A stretch of 64,000 nt of DNA. Source: Hypanus sabinus. Its lineage: Eukaryota. Shown piece by piece: positions 25,101 to 40,100 of this stretch. Every line of letters begins with the position of its first letter. Position 1 is the first letter of the stretch. The DNA lies in the NCBI RefSeq assembly GCF_030144855.1, contig NC_082714.1, positions 21,886,001 through 21,950,000 of the forward strand, in the 5' to 3' direction. Position numbers and translations under genes: made by a program. Under the pieces are notes generated by a model. It was not told where the DNA came from and made no database searches. It saw only the letters and a list, made by a program, of their open reading frames with translations.

Positions 25101-28100
25101 AATGTGTTAAATTTGACCTATGATGCACGCTTGCAAGCAGGTGCTAAAATTTTCAACATTACTTGATCTTTTCTGGCACTTCTTGCAGTTTGAAAGTTGT
25201 CACCACTGTTTAGAATGAACAGACCATTTGGCTCGATTTAAGAGCCTGGGGCCTTTATACATTTAATATTAAGATGAATAAAAGAGCTGTTAGTGGAAAG
25301 GGTTAATCACTGCATATTTTATATACTGGCAGTTTACACTCAGTGGCTACTGTATTCGGTACCTCCTGTAGTTCAAGTTCAGTGAATTGCCATTCAGAGT
25401 GAGTGTGTGTGTCTGTATTCCACATTTCTCTCTCTCGCACTCTCTCTCTCTTCCCCCCGCCTCAGCTTCACGCATCCTAAAACTAGATAAAGAGAATCCA
25501 ATTAAATTAATAAACACAAAAACATTATCTCTCTTCATTTATTGATTGAGAAAAATGATGCAATATTACATGTATTTGTTGGGAAAAAGTATGTGAACCT
25601 TTGCTTTCAGTAAATGGTGTGACCCCCTGTACAGCAACAACTTCAACCAAACGTTTCTGGTAACTTCATCAGTCCTGCACATCGACTAGGACTAATTTTA
25701 GGCCACTTCACCTTACAAAATGGCTTCAACTCTGGGAAGTTGGTGGGCTTCCTTGCATGAATTGCGTACTTCAGGTCCTTCCACAACATTTCTACTGGAT
25801 TAAGGTCAGGAATTTAACTCAGCCATTCCAGAATGTGTATTTTCTTATATTTAAACCATTCTGTTTGTTGAATTACTCTTGTCTTTTGGATCATTGTCTT
25901 GTTGCATTATTCAACTTCTATTAAATTTCAGGTGAAGGTCTACTTACCCTGACATTCTGTAAAATGTCTTGATACAATTTTGAATTAATTGTTCCTTCAA
26001 CGATAGAAAGCTGTCCAGGCCTTGAAGCAGCAAAGCAGCCACAAACAATGATGCTTTTTCCATCATGATTCACAATTGGGATGAGGTTTTGGTATTCATG
26101 TACAGTGCCCTGTTTCCTCCAAACATAGCAATATATGTTTCTGCCAAAAAGTTCAACTTTTTTCTCATCTGTCCAAAGACCATTGTCCCCAAAGCATTGT
26201 TGAACATCCAGGTGGTCTTTTGCAAACTTGAGACATGCAGCATTGTTTTTTTTGGAGAGCAGTGGTTCCTCCGTGGTGTCCTTCCATGAGTACCATTCTC
26301 TTGTTCAGTGTTTTTCTTATAGTGGACAGATGAACAGAGACTTTAGCAAATTCTAGAGATTTCTGCAAGTATTTTGCTGTTACCCTCCTTCAGCATTACA
26401 CCTCCATCAGCATTACATATTCTTGGTTTGTTCTTTGCAGGATGTCAACTCCTAAGGAGAGTAGCAACGGTACTGAATTTCTTCCATTTGTAGACAATTT
26501 CTCTTACTGTGGACTGATGAGCCTTCAGGTCTTTAGAAATGCTGTTGTAGCCTTTTCCAGCTTCATGCATCTCTACAATTCTTCTAAGGTCCTCTGAAAG
26601 TTGTTTTGATTGAGGCATGGTGCACATAAACAGATTTTTCTTGAAAGGAACAGGCACTGCCAGTTAACTGACTGTGTCTTTTTTAAAGGGCAGGGCACCT
26701 CTTAAAACCCACGCCTCCAATCTCATTAACTGGAACACCTGTCTTCAAATAGCTTTTGTAGAAGGCATTACCCCAGACGTTCACATACTTTATTCCAACA
26801 TGTGCATGAAATAGGATAAATTTTCTCAATTAATAAATAAACAAGTATAATATTTTCCTGTGCTATTTATGTATTTAATTTTGTTCTCTTTACCTAGATA
26901 TATAGGACATATGTAGATCTGATCACATTTTATTTAAGCAGAAATAGAGAAAATTCTACAAGGTTCACCAACTTTCTAGCACCACTGCAACCTGAATCCA
27001 TTGTATTACCACAAGTAAATTGTGATGACACAAGTCTAAAAAGTAATCTGTATAATGCTACTGGTGCTTCATACGTGATGAGACCTAAGTGGTGGCAGGG
27101 AGTTCAGCTGTCTTACAGCCTGGTGTTGGGGGATTTCTGTTTCCCATCGTAACAGTTCTTGTCCCAATGCCACAGTATGTCTGCCTAATGGTAAGGGGCC
27201 AAAGAGATGATCAGAGATCCCAATGCATTAAATGGTTTCAATTAATTCAACATTGCAAGTATCCTCCAACTTGTAGGGAAAGGAAACTTGTACATTATTT
27301 ACATCAAATTGTTTTTGATTTAAACTCATATTCTAAATATTCTCCATTTTAATGTGAACCCAAAGGAATCATTTCATTATAGCTTTCTGTTTTATTTACA
27401 AATATCTCTTCTGCTTTGATAATGAACACAGATGAAAATAGAGTAACTGGAACCAGAAACATTTCACCTTATGGACTGGAATATCAAAGCAAGAATGTAC
27501 TGCTGAGGCTTTATAAGTTATTGGTCAGGCTCCATTTGGAATATTGAGAACAACTTTAGGCCCAGTTTCTGACTCCAAACAGGGCCCAGTGTCCACAAAA
27601 ATGATCCCAGGAATGAAAGGCTTAATATTGATGTCTCTGGGCCTGTATTTGGAGTTCAGAAGCATGAGGGGAGATCTCTTTAAATCTTACTGGATCTTCG
27701 AAGCCTGGTTTTAGACATGGAGAGGATGCTTCCCTTAGTAAGGGAGTGTAGGATCTGCAGGCAGATCCCAGCCTCAGAATATAAGAACACCCCTTAAAAA
27801 GGGGGGGATTTGTTTTTTAACCAAAAGGTGGCGAAACTATGGAGTTTGTTGCCACAGAGTGCTGTATAGGTGCTTGATGAGTGAAAGAAGGGTTACAGAG
27901 AGAAGGTGGGAGAGATTTTTATTTTAAAAATCAGCCATAATTGAATGGTGCATGTGGTCTAATGTACTCTCATGTCTTGTAGTCTAACTTGAATGATGGT
28001 TACTGTTTAAGACAAGGCTAACAAATAATTTGTACTTTACTGTTTCTGAGGAAGAAGCGTAAACTAAGCTCTTAAATCATTGTATTGCTTTTTCTCTCAG

Positions 28101-31100
28101 TGCCTAGTTTTTAAATGAGTAAACTTTGTGAGAAATATCTGTTCCAGTTATGGGGTAATTATCAGGGCCAGTATGTGGAAACTTAGCACAATAATGCATT
28201 TATGTGATTACTAGATCATTGTGTTGCCAGGAGCCCAGGATGTTAACTGTTATCTGTCCATGTCTTATTATGTAGCTAGCATTTGAACTTAGTTGAAGTC
28301 CTTGTTACCAGATGATTGGGAAAACATGTTTTTGGAAATGGCTGTGCCGAGAATATGAACCAGTTTAGAATTATTGAGTTGGCTTGTTTTGCATTTGAAT
28401 TCATGACACATCTGACCATAAGGAGTTGGATTGGTTAAAACAGGATCTTGGGCCATTTTGTCATTCTCGCTGCAAATGCTCAGATTAATAAGGGGGATTG
28501 AATACTGAAGCAATACAAATTGGGAAATATTGAAGTGCAATAGTTTTAATGAAATTTGTTTTTTTTCCCTTCCAAATCATGGTTCAAGATAAGTGTGAAG
28601 TGGTTCATTTTGGTAGATCAAATATGGTGGTAGAATGTAGTATTAATGGTAAGACTCCTGGCAGTGTGGAGGATCAGAGGGATCTTGGGATCCAAGTCCA
28701 TAGGACACTCAAAGCTGCTGCGCAGGTTGACTCTGTGGTTAAGAAGAAATACGATGCATTGGCCTTCAACCGTAATGTTACAGCTGTATAGAACCCTGTC
28801 AGATCCCACGTGGAGTACTGTGCTCAGTCCTGGTCACGTCAATGCAGGAAGGACGTGGAAACTATAGAAAGGGTGCAGAGGAGATTTACAAGGATAATTG
28901 CCTGGATTGGGAAGCATGTCTTATGAGAATAGGTTGAGTGAACTCGGCGGAAGATGAGAGCTGACCTGATACAGGTGTGTAAGATGATGAGAGGCATTTA
29001 TAGTGTGGATAGTCAGAGGCTTTTTCCCAGAGCTGAAATGACTAACACGAGAGGGCATGGTTTTAAGGTGCTTGGAAGTAGGTACAATGTCGGGTAAGGG
29101 AGTGGTAAGTGCATAGAATGGGCTGTTAGCAACGGTGGTGGAGGCAGATACAATAGGGTCTTTTAAGAGACTACAGGATAGTACATGGAGCTTAGAAAAA
29201 TAGAGGGCTATGGGTAACCATAGGTAATTTCTAAAGTAAGTACATGTTCGGCACAGCATTATGGGCCAAAGGGCCTATATTGTGCTTTAGGTTTTCTATG
29301 TTTCTAAGTCTTGCCCATATTGCTTCAAACAAATTATGTCCAGTGAGAAATGATCAGAAATATAATTGGAAAACCATTAATGTAGAATTAGAAGAGGCTG
29401 ATTTGGTAGTTTTCCACAAGTAGGTGCAGAAGGGACTAACTAAAGAAGGTCTTTCCCTGGGACTCCAATTCATTGCAAAGCTTTCCAGTTCGATTTCCAG
29501 GATTATTAGACAGGCATTAGCTACCGCCATATTCTGTCTCTGACGTCACAGATCTTTAGATATAGAATTAGAGTATAACTACCTTGCTCAGATTTGATTT
29601 TTCTAATTGCAGCAAGTAAAGGACGACCCTCACTTCCATCACTTTCTGCTCAGTCAGTCTGAGAAGGTAAGATAGTGCAAATAGTGTGCAGTCTAGTCGT
29701 GTAATTTCTCATCAATTATAAACTAAACTTAAGGAAACAAAGCTTTAGTAACCCCTTTCAGATTTGCTTCTCTTCGGTTTTCATAGTCTTCCTAGATTTA
29801 TTGCTTTTATTTTTCCTTTTAGAGTAAGTCCTGGTGCCTGTGTTTAGATAGCTTAAATGGACACATGGGGTCAACTGGCAGGATTCAAGCACACTAGATA
29901 TGACTGGGCCAGACAATATTCGGTGCTATTAATAAGATATACTGCACTTACTTTTACTAATTTTAATAATTGAGAGTCATGGTCATATTTCACAGAAACA
30001 AGTCCTTTGGCGCACCATATTCTTGCCAATTGTGCATCTATCATAATCCTGTTTACCAATTCTAAATCTGTAGCCCTCTAAATCATTACCATAATGGCTG
30101 ATTTGTACATTTAAATGCTGTGGGAGTACCACCACTACTCACTCAGGCACTGTGTTCCTGCTTCATGTCCTTTACTCTTGCTTTAAACTTACACCCTCTA
30201 GTTTTAGACATCTCTGTATTGGGGAAGAAGTTTCTTCCTGTCTACACATGTAAGAAAGAAAATTCTTCAGTATTAATGGAAGTAAAAATGGCTACTTTGT
30301 ATAACCATGGAAGCAGGAAAAAAGCAATGACTTAATGTTTGATGCCCAATGTGTTTGTAGTTTTTCATCCCTGGTAAAAGTATCATATTTTAAGGGTTTT
30401 TGTTGGATAATTCTTTCACCCACGCTTCTAGTTTTTAGCATAAACCAGGTGTTGACAAAGATTTGTGACTTATTTTTACATTTTGCACGAGTTGAAAACT
30501 CAGTATTTTAAAAAAACACACATCAGCCAATTCTTTTATGCCATCTTCCATCCTGGAGATAGTAGATGTGCAATTATGCTGGTTTCGTGGTACAAAATAT
30601 TACATTAATCAATTTGCAAGGACTTAAAAGTTGTAACTTAAAGTTATAAGTTTTATAGACAGTTTTATTTTCCCTTTTCTAATTTCCTTTTTCCATCGTT
30701 TTCCATGGGTCATTGAGCTTGTCAAGAAATTGCTGTTCAATTTGAGCATTTTTACCCCTTTTTTGGTATTGAGGGTCTGCCCTTAACATTGTACCTGATG
30801 CTGTTTTAATCGATTTTGGCAACAATTGACTTTATTATATAGCATTTGCAGTGCCTTGTAAAAGTATTCAGCCCCATAACCCTTTGTTCACATAAATGAG
30901 TATTATAACCAGGGATTTTGATCAATCTAACTGAGCATTTTTATTTGTGAATCACATGCTCCTCTTTCTTAGTAGAGCCCGAAAAACAGAGAAACTAAAA
31001 ATCCAAAAACTGAAATGTCAGCAGTTAAAAGTATTCATCCCCTTTTGTTCAGTACATAGTTGAACCACCTCTGGCAGCTGTTGTAGCCAGTAGTCTCTAT

Positions 31101-34100
31101 TACAGACTAGCATAGTGTGATGGAGAAAGATTTTCCTATTCCTGCTTGCAAAATTGCTCAAGCTGTGCCAGGTTAGTTGAGGAGTGGCGGCAGACGGCAA
31201 TCTTAAGGTCTTGCCAGAGATATTTGATCGGGTTAAGTTGAGGACTCTGGGCCACTCAAGGTCTTCAATTTTCTTCATTTGAAGGCACTCCATGTTTCCT
31301 CTGGCAGTGTGCTTTGGGTCATTGTCCTGCTGAAAGATGAACTTCCTCCCCAGTTTAAACTTCCTGACAGAGGTTTGCAGGTTTTTATCCAGGATCTCTC
31401 TGTATTTCACAACATCTGTCTTAGCGTCAATTTTCAGTCCCTGCTGTTGAAAATCATCCGCCCTACTTTACAGTAGGGACAGTGTTACCTGGCTGATGTG
31501 CAGTATTAGATTTAGATCACGCATACTGTTTAGTGTCAAGCCCACAAAGTTTCACTTTAGTGTCATCTAGTCTCACCTGACCACAAGAACACCTTCCACA
31601 TCTTTACAGTATCTTATAAGTGAAGCTTTGCAAAATTCTTATGGACAAGGACATGCTTTTTTTAAAAAGCGGTATGTGTGGCATAAGGCCATTACTGCGC
31701 ATCAGCCAGTAACGCCATCCCTACTGTAAAGTATAGTGGAGGTAGCAACCAATGGTGAACTTTGAAGTTGGAGTTGCTCTACATATGATCTCAAACAACT
31801 ATCAACAAGTTCTGATTATACAAGTTGCTAATCCGGTTACTTGAGTAGGTTGTCAAATTTTGTTAAGGAGCATTTCCTAATAGGCCTGTTATCTTAAGGC
31901 TGTTTTCTTAAGATTACTGAATCCAGTTTGTATCCCATAAAACTATAAGACATAGGAGCAGAATTGTGCCATTTGGCCCATGGAGTCTGCTCCACCATTC
32001 CATCATGGCTGATTTATTGTCTCTTAACCCCATTCTGCTGCCTTCTCTTAAACTTTGATGCCCTGAATAATCATTCTCTGCCTTCAATATGCCCAATGAC
32101 TTGGCCACTACAGCTATCTGTGGCGATGAATTTCACAGATTCAGTACCCTCTGGCAAAAGAAATTTTTTCTTATCTTTGTTCTAAATGGACATCATTCTA
32201 TTCTGAGGCTGTACCCTCTGGTCCTAGATTCCCCCACTATAAGAAGCATCCTCTCCACATCCACTCTGTGTAGGCCTTTCAATATTTTATAGGTTTCAAT
32301 GAGTTTCTTCTCTCTCCCCCCCCCCCCCCCCAATTCTTCTAAACTCCAGTGAGTACAGGACCAGAGCCATTAAACGCTCCTCATATGTTAACCCTTTCAT
32401 TCCTGCAATTATTGTGAACCTCCTTTGGACCCAGTCCTAGCACATCTTTTCTTAGATAATGCACCAAAAACTGCTCACAATACTCCAAGTTCAGTCCTTC
32501 CAATACCTTATAAAGCTCAATGTTAAATCCTTGCTTTTGTATTCTTAACTCAAAATGAATTCCAACATTGCATTTGCCTTCCTTGCCACAGACTTAACCT
32601 GCAAGTTAACCACTCAAATTGCTTTGCACCTCCGAGCTTTGAATTTTTCTCCTCATTTAGAAAATAGTCTATACATTTATTCCTTCTACAAAGTACATGA
32701 CCGTGCACATCTCTACACTATATTCCACCTGCCACTAGTTTACCTATTCTCCCTATCTGTCTAAATCCTTCTACAGACACACAACTTCCTTAACATTATC
32801 TGCCCTTCCACCTATCTTTGTATCTTCTGCAAACTTGGTTACAAATCCATCAATTCCTCCATCCAAATCATTGATATATAACATGCAAAGAAGTGGTTCC
32901 AACACCCACCCTTGCAGAACACTACTAGTCACCAGCAGCCAACTAGAAAAGGCCACTTTTATTCCCACTCTTTGCCTCCTGCCAGTCAGTGAATCTTCTA
33001 TCCATACTAATATCTTTAATGCAATATCACAGCCTGGTATCTTGTTAAGTAACCTCATGTGGCACCTTGTCAAAGGTCTTCTGAAAATCCAAGCAACAAC
33101 ATTCACTGACTCTCCCTTGTCAATCCTGCCTGCTATCTCCTCAAAGATTTTCCTGTAAGAAAACCATCCTGACTTCTGCCTATTTTGTTGTGTTTGTCAA
33201 AGTACCCAGAAACCTCATTCTTAATAATATACTCCTTCATCTTTGCAACTGGTGAAGTCTGGCTAACTGGCCTATAATTTCTTTTCTTTTACCTACCCTT
33301 CTTAAAGAGGGAAGTGGCATTTGCAATTTTCCTGTCCTCCAAATCATTCCACAATCTAGTGATTCTTGAAAGCTCATTACTAATGACCCTACAGTCTCTT
33401 CGGCTACCTCTTTCAGAACACTGGAGTGTTGTCCATATGATCCAGGTAACTTATCTACTTTCACACTTTTCAGCTTTGCCAACCACTTTCTCTTTAGTAA
33501 TAGCAGCAACACTCACTTCTGCCTGCTGGCACTTTTACATTTCTGGAATTCTGCTAGATCTTCCATGGTGAAGGCAGATGGAAAATACTTGTTAAGTTCG
33601 TCCACCATTTCTTTATCCCCCATTACTACCTCTCATTTTCCAACAGTCTGATATACACTCTCATCTCTCTTTTACTCTTTATATATCTGAAAAAATTGTA
33701 TCCTTTTATATCATTGGCTAACTTGATATTTCATCTTTTCTCCCTTTCTGGCTTATTTAGTTGTTTTCTGTTGGTTTTTAAAAGATTCCCAATCCTCTAC
33801 CTTCCCACTAATTTTTGTTTTATTATTTAATATATAATATTTTATTATATTACTTTTATGCTGTCCTTGATTTCCTTTATTAGTCATGGTCACCTGGCCT
33901 TCTCTTTAGAATGCTTAATGGCCTTTGGGATGTATCAATCGTGTGACTTCTGGTTGCTCCAAGAAACTCAAGCCATTGCTGTTCTGACTGCCAGGGCTCC
34001 CTTTCATTCAACTTTGGACAGCTCTTCCCCTTATGCCTCAGTAATTCCCTTTACCTCACTGTAATACCGATACATTCCCCCGTAATAGTTAACAAATTTT

Positions 34101-37100
34101 AACGTACAATTGTGTGGTCCACCTGATGAACCTTTGGGTATAAATGTCATTGTGGATGACCATCAAGTACTTTAATTTTGCAAATGTTACTGTCTATTTC
34201 ACTGCATAGAGATGGAAGATTGTAGTAGAAAAGCCTTTACTTGCAATGATCTGTACTGTATATTTATATTCAAGTGTGATGCTACTAGTTTCACAAGGAT
34301 AAAAGCTACTTTTGCTGAGATGTTGGGTTTGAATAATATAGCTTTACAAAATAATTATATTAATTTAAAACTGAGAAATCAAGTATAAATGCCATCAGAC
34401 TAATGGCCTGTTGGATTTAAAATATTTTTATGCAGATCATTTTTCCTTGGTTTATAAATTAAGTCTATTTTATTTCTTAACAGCCAGGTTCATGTTCTGC
34501 AATAATTCAAAAGCTGAAGTGTACGGCTGAAGAGGTATTCTGCTTTTTTCTTAATTTCTGGTTGTTCTTTAAATTATAAGGCTAGTTTTAGTTCTTACTA
34601 TTGCAAGTGAAATCAAACAGAATTAGAGCAAAGAAAAGGTCATTTGCCTTCTTTTTCCCTTTCATAGGTTTGTACCAAGTCAAATCTCTATAATTTGCAA
34701 GCAGTTTTGGAAATGTGTCACATCACATTTATTGTCTTTGATCTCTTGAAAATCTTTTTGAATTAACCAAGTGCAGTCTACATTCCAGAAATTTATGCTG
34801 ACCATCCTTGGTTCAAGTTAATGTTAAATTTATACACTAATATTGTACCAAAAGCCATACTACAGTTTTAAAAGGCTATAATTTTGAGACGGATTCTGAA
34901 TGGAATATCTCATTTGCAGTGTTGTGGCCTGTGTATGTAATCTTTCATTGACAGTTTTTAATAGAAAAAAAATGAACTTAGAAGTGTGGAAATTTACCAA
35001 CAGCATCACTCGTTGATTTTTGAAACATTTACCAGAAAGTTTTTTAAATTTCTTAGTTTCATGTTTAATTTACTGTTTTGTTTATGTGCCCAAGTAATGA
35101 AAGTAAGCTCTAACTTTGTGTAATGTCACAGGAAGCAGAGTCAACCTCCATCCAGGCAGCTGATAGTACAGCAACTAATGGAAATGTTATTCCCACAGAC
35201 AAAAGGTAAGGGCCAAAGAATAAAACAAAACTCAAGATGCCATTATTCATTAGGTAAAAATAATTGGAGTTGAATATTTGAACTAAACATGAAAGTATTC
35301 CATTAGAGATGAAGTTTAATTACTGAGATGCAAAAGACTTGGGCATTGTAATAAAGTCATAAAATAGCTATTGTAATAAAGGTAATTCAAAATTTAAAAA
35401 AAAACTAAAATTACCAACAAATCAGGTTGCATCTTGGGAGAGATTATTACTGTTAACATTTCCGAACTGGTGAATAGTAATTGACAATAATATTATTCTT
35501 TTTAATTCTCTCCACAGATGCTATTTAAATACTTAGAGGATTTTTAATTTTTATTTCAGAAATTAAGTATCTGCAGTATTTTGCTTTTGAAATATAATCA
35601 CTGAAAGTTCATTTCTGTGAAAGTATTCCAATACTTGTGTTAGTTTGTATTCTGGTATATGATAAAGTTGAAGATATAAATCTTTGGACACTATCTCACT
35701 TTTTTAAAATATACAGCATTTCTGTTCTTTCACATTTCTTAATCTATTCAATATGTGTCATTGATATACTTTGTTTATTATTACTATTATTTTTATTTTA
35801 TTTATTATTTTTTCCTCTGCTAGATTATGTATTTTATTGAACTGCTGCTGCTAAGTTTACAGTTCCACGTCACACACCAGTGATAATAAACCTGATTCTG
35901 AAGAAAAAGTTTTCTGATGTACATAACAAATTGAAGGCATGATTTGTCTTCACACCTGAATTTGCTTCACAGGACATGAGTGCATATTGATATTATTAGA
36001 TCAGTAGTCAGCATCCAATGATATAACCATTTCTGTACAGAATCAGCAATAAACTTAGATCTTTGATAGCACCTGCTTTTATGGCTTAATGTGCTGAGCT
36101 TTCCTACCACTAATCTGACGGCCCTTTCAATCTGCCATTCTACTTTCCAGTGTCATAATTAAGACTAACTTGTGTATGTCATGTTGACTTCAACCAGATA
36201 CAAATGATTTTATGGTCATCATTAATAAAACTTACGGGTCACATCTTAAACTCGTGTTTTAAATTTAATATAATCATTTTGCCTCGGGAGGTTGAGATTA
36301 GTTGGGTTCTGCAACTGTTGTAGGGACCCCAGCTGTTTACAATTCACAATCAATGATTTAGATAATGAAATCAAATATAATATAAAGCATGGTGGCAATA
36401 TAGACCAAGGAGGGGATGTCAAGAAGCTTCAGGAGGATAAAGATAGTTCAAGTAAAAGGGCAAAGATGTGACGGTTTGAATATAATATGGAAAAAAAAAG
36501 AGATTTTTTACAAGAATACAGAAAGGTAGAGTATATTTATAACCAGTGAAAGATTGAGAGCTGTTGATGTTTACAGGGACTTGGATGATCTCATACACAG
36601 ATCTGCTGGATTAATTCCTAGGTCGGAATGTTTGTCACATGAGAGATTTAGCTGACTAGGAAGAGTTTAAAAGAATGAGGAGTGATCTAAATGAAAATTA
36701 AATTCTTAAAGGGCTTAACAAGGGAGATTTGAGGCTATTGCTTTTTCTAGCAAGTGGCGACAGAGTCAGATTGTAGTCTCAAAGAAGTCTCAGCTATTAA
36801 TGAGATGAGGTTTTTAGCATCCAGAAGTTAGGAGTTTTTGGAGTTTCTTATCCAAATAGGAAAGACCTTCTGTTGGTGATTGTCAAGACAGTGATGAATA
36901 GATGTTTGAATATTCAGGAGTCAAGGTATTATGGGTTTATTGCAGGAAATTGTTGCTGATTTAAAAGATCAATCTTGATCTCATCATGTGAATGGGCACA
37001 AGAGGTGGAATATTCCACTTGCATTTCTGTTTACCCCAACTGTGGCAGTAACTGCTATGTTCTACACTTTGTGTAGGATTTCTCTGATTTTATATTTTGT

Positions 37101-40100
37101 ATTTTATCAAGGGAAGTTATCCCACTTACCTGTTTTGTCACTCTATATTGGGTGTCTATAGACATCCGCTCCAAAGTACTGCTGTGCTGATGTTTCCTTT
37201 GTCTAAGTTCTGTAATACTCTGGACTGCATTCTTCTTGTGTCTGACCAGCCTATTCTTTGTAGTAATTTACAGATTTCTACTTCACTATTTTTGCTACTT
37301 TCTGCTGACCTAGCTGCTCACAATCTATAATAAGTGATTTAAAAAAATTATTATGTATTATTCTGTTCTGGAAACTATCCTTTTTAGATGCTTTTTGCTA
37401 TCCAGTGTCATGGAAAGGAATGAGCGACTTTTCATTAACAAACCTAGGAACAGTATTATTAGTCTTTTTGTTAACCTGAGTGCTGTAACATCAGGTATTC
37501 AAGTAGATTCTGAAACATCAAAAATTTGCTTAAACAAAATATTTTGTATAATGTACATTTTAAGAATCAGTTGCATAGTAATAATTACGTGTTTTTTAAA
37601 AACTCATTTCTTGTAAATTTCTGATAACTTGTGAAGCAATCACATAGTTCAAGTGATTTGGTTTTTGTGGTTTTATTAATTCTATTGTTTTTTTTTGTAC
37701 TATTGTGAATGTTTGCAGAAAAATGCATCTCAGGGTAGTATATGGTGACATACGCATTTTGATAATGAATTTACATTGAACTTTTGATCTTTGAAAGCTT
37801 TAAACAACACACCTTGTGATAAGCCAAATTGCAGAACAACTTTGGGATAACACTATTAATCCCACGAGCACAATAACTTTAAACCTGGTGTCATTTTTCT
37901 GGGATGTTGTTATTGTATGCTGGTAGTTTTTGTAAAATCTCGGCCAACAATGAGACTGAGCTTTTATGACAGCTCAACTGTGCTATGTTAAGCATGGTGA
38001 TTAAATTACTGGACTACAGTCAGGAGCCAAGAAAACGGACTTCATATCCTTCTGTTCTAGATGGGCATCTCAGATAGCTTCCAATCTTTTTTTTAAAGCT
38101 AGCCTTTCTAATGTGGCCAAACACATACCAAATTTTAAAGCACTGGTTACCACTTAGCTTCAGGAATGGAAATTTGGCTTTTTATATCGTTATAAGTTCT
38201 CCTGAGTGTTTAGCTGTCACAAAAACAGAAAATGCTGGAGAAAATCAACAGGAATCATTTGTGGAAAAAGAAACAAGTCAAAGATCTTTCATTTTTCCAC
38301 ATCTGAATGATCTGACTTTTTCTGATATCTTGTATTCTACTTCTAAATTTCTAGTGTCTGCGGATCTTTTGACTTTGATTTTTGTTTGCACTGAAGAGGC
38401 CTAATCACTTCAAGGAGAATTGTGTTAGGCAGTAAGTGCCAGCCATGCCAATGGCATCCATATTTGTAATGGTAAATACAGTCTTAGTAGAGAAAAGAGA
38501 AGACTGTCAGCATCTATTTCTCACCTATGATTTCTAGGGTTCAATAGAATTTCACTGAAGCTTAAGAATTTGAGGGGCCTTAATAAATTCTGAGAAATTG
38601 TTGCCTCTGTATGGAGTCCAGAGCCAGGGACGATTCATCAGGGTCTGAGGTGTGAATTTTTGTCATGCATTTATTCTGTCTCAGAGGTGTGGATGATGAG
38701 TCATTAAATATATGCAAGGCTATGAAAGATTTTTACCTTACTGGGCAATTAAGGACTTTGGTGGGCAAAAATCAAATTGACCACAATCCTTTTGAATGAT
38801 TCAGAAATCTTGATGGGCTGCACAGCTTTCTCCTGTACCTATTTATTATGCACTTTTGTGACTTGTTAGTTTCTATCCTAGAATATTTGGAAAGAAATGT
38901 ATGAGGAAAATTATAGTCAACAGTTATAAAGTTCTCTGATCTCAGGTATTCTGTTTTGGATTTGGAAAGTTATAAATACTGTTCTGACATTCTGTCAAAG
39001 GAACAAACCAGGTAGCAATCAATCCATTGGTTTATCAGTCTCATTTCTATCTCCTTAAGATAGATCAGCTGTGACCATCAAGCCTTCATATACTTTTATA
39101 ACTGATGCAACCATTTGTTGTAAATATTAGCTGTCATTACTGTATTAAAAATGTCCCTTTTGTCTTTCAATCCCTCTTCCCTCATTACAACTTCATTCAT
39201 GTTTGATTTTGAATTTTTCCTACTTATGAAAATCATCCACTTGAAATGTTAACTCCATTTCCCTCTCTACAGATGCTGCTTGAATTGCTGAATATTTCCA
39301 AAATTTGGATTCTATTTGGTAATTTGCAATCTCTCAGTTAATTGCTCTTGTAGTGTATTTCCAGTAGACTTGTTGTATCCTGAATTTATTTAACAAGGAA
39401 ATAGATTGGTAAATACAAAGGCATCCAGCTATATGGGGAGAGAGCCAGAATATGACATTGAGATGATTGGTCAATCATCTATTGAATGTTGAAAGGGTTT
39501 CAATTTTCTGATGTTTCCACATACAAGCATTGGATTTTAAGAACAATGATCTATATTATCTAGGTGGAATTTAAGTTTGAGGAGTAAGTGATTTTCTTTA
39601 TGCATTTTTCAGGATAGGGTTTCTTGGTTTAGGCTTGATGGGAAGTGGAATTGTTGCAAATCTCTTAAAGATGGGGCACATGGTCACTGTATGGAATCGC
39701 ACGGGAGAAAAGGTATGGCTTTTTGAAAGTTATGTTTTGCTTCACTTGCTTAGTTATTGTGATGTCAACTTGGTCCTTTAAATAGCGCTCCTACATCTAA
39801 AATTTAGAATGTTATGGCTCTGTCTCCAGAGACCATGATTTATAATTCAGCCAGGCACTCAAAGATGCTGTGTTTTGAGTCTCAAGTACATAGTTTAAGG
39901 GAGAAAAAATCTTAATGGAGAATCGACAGAGAAGATTTCTGACCTTTTTTGTTGAAGGAATATCACTGAAAAGCAGTATATGATTGTTTGTGAGAACTTG
40001 CATTGTGTAAACCTGTGAAATTAGTACAGGCCATATCTGTTACTACTTAAAGATGTTCCTACATATAAACATGTTCCACAATATTAATTTCGAAAGCCAT

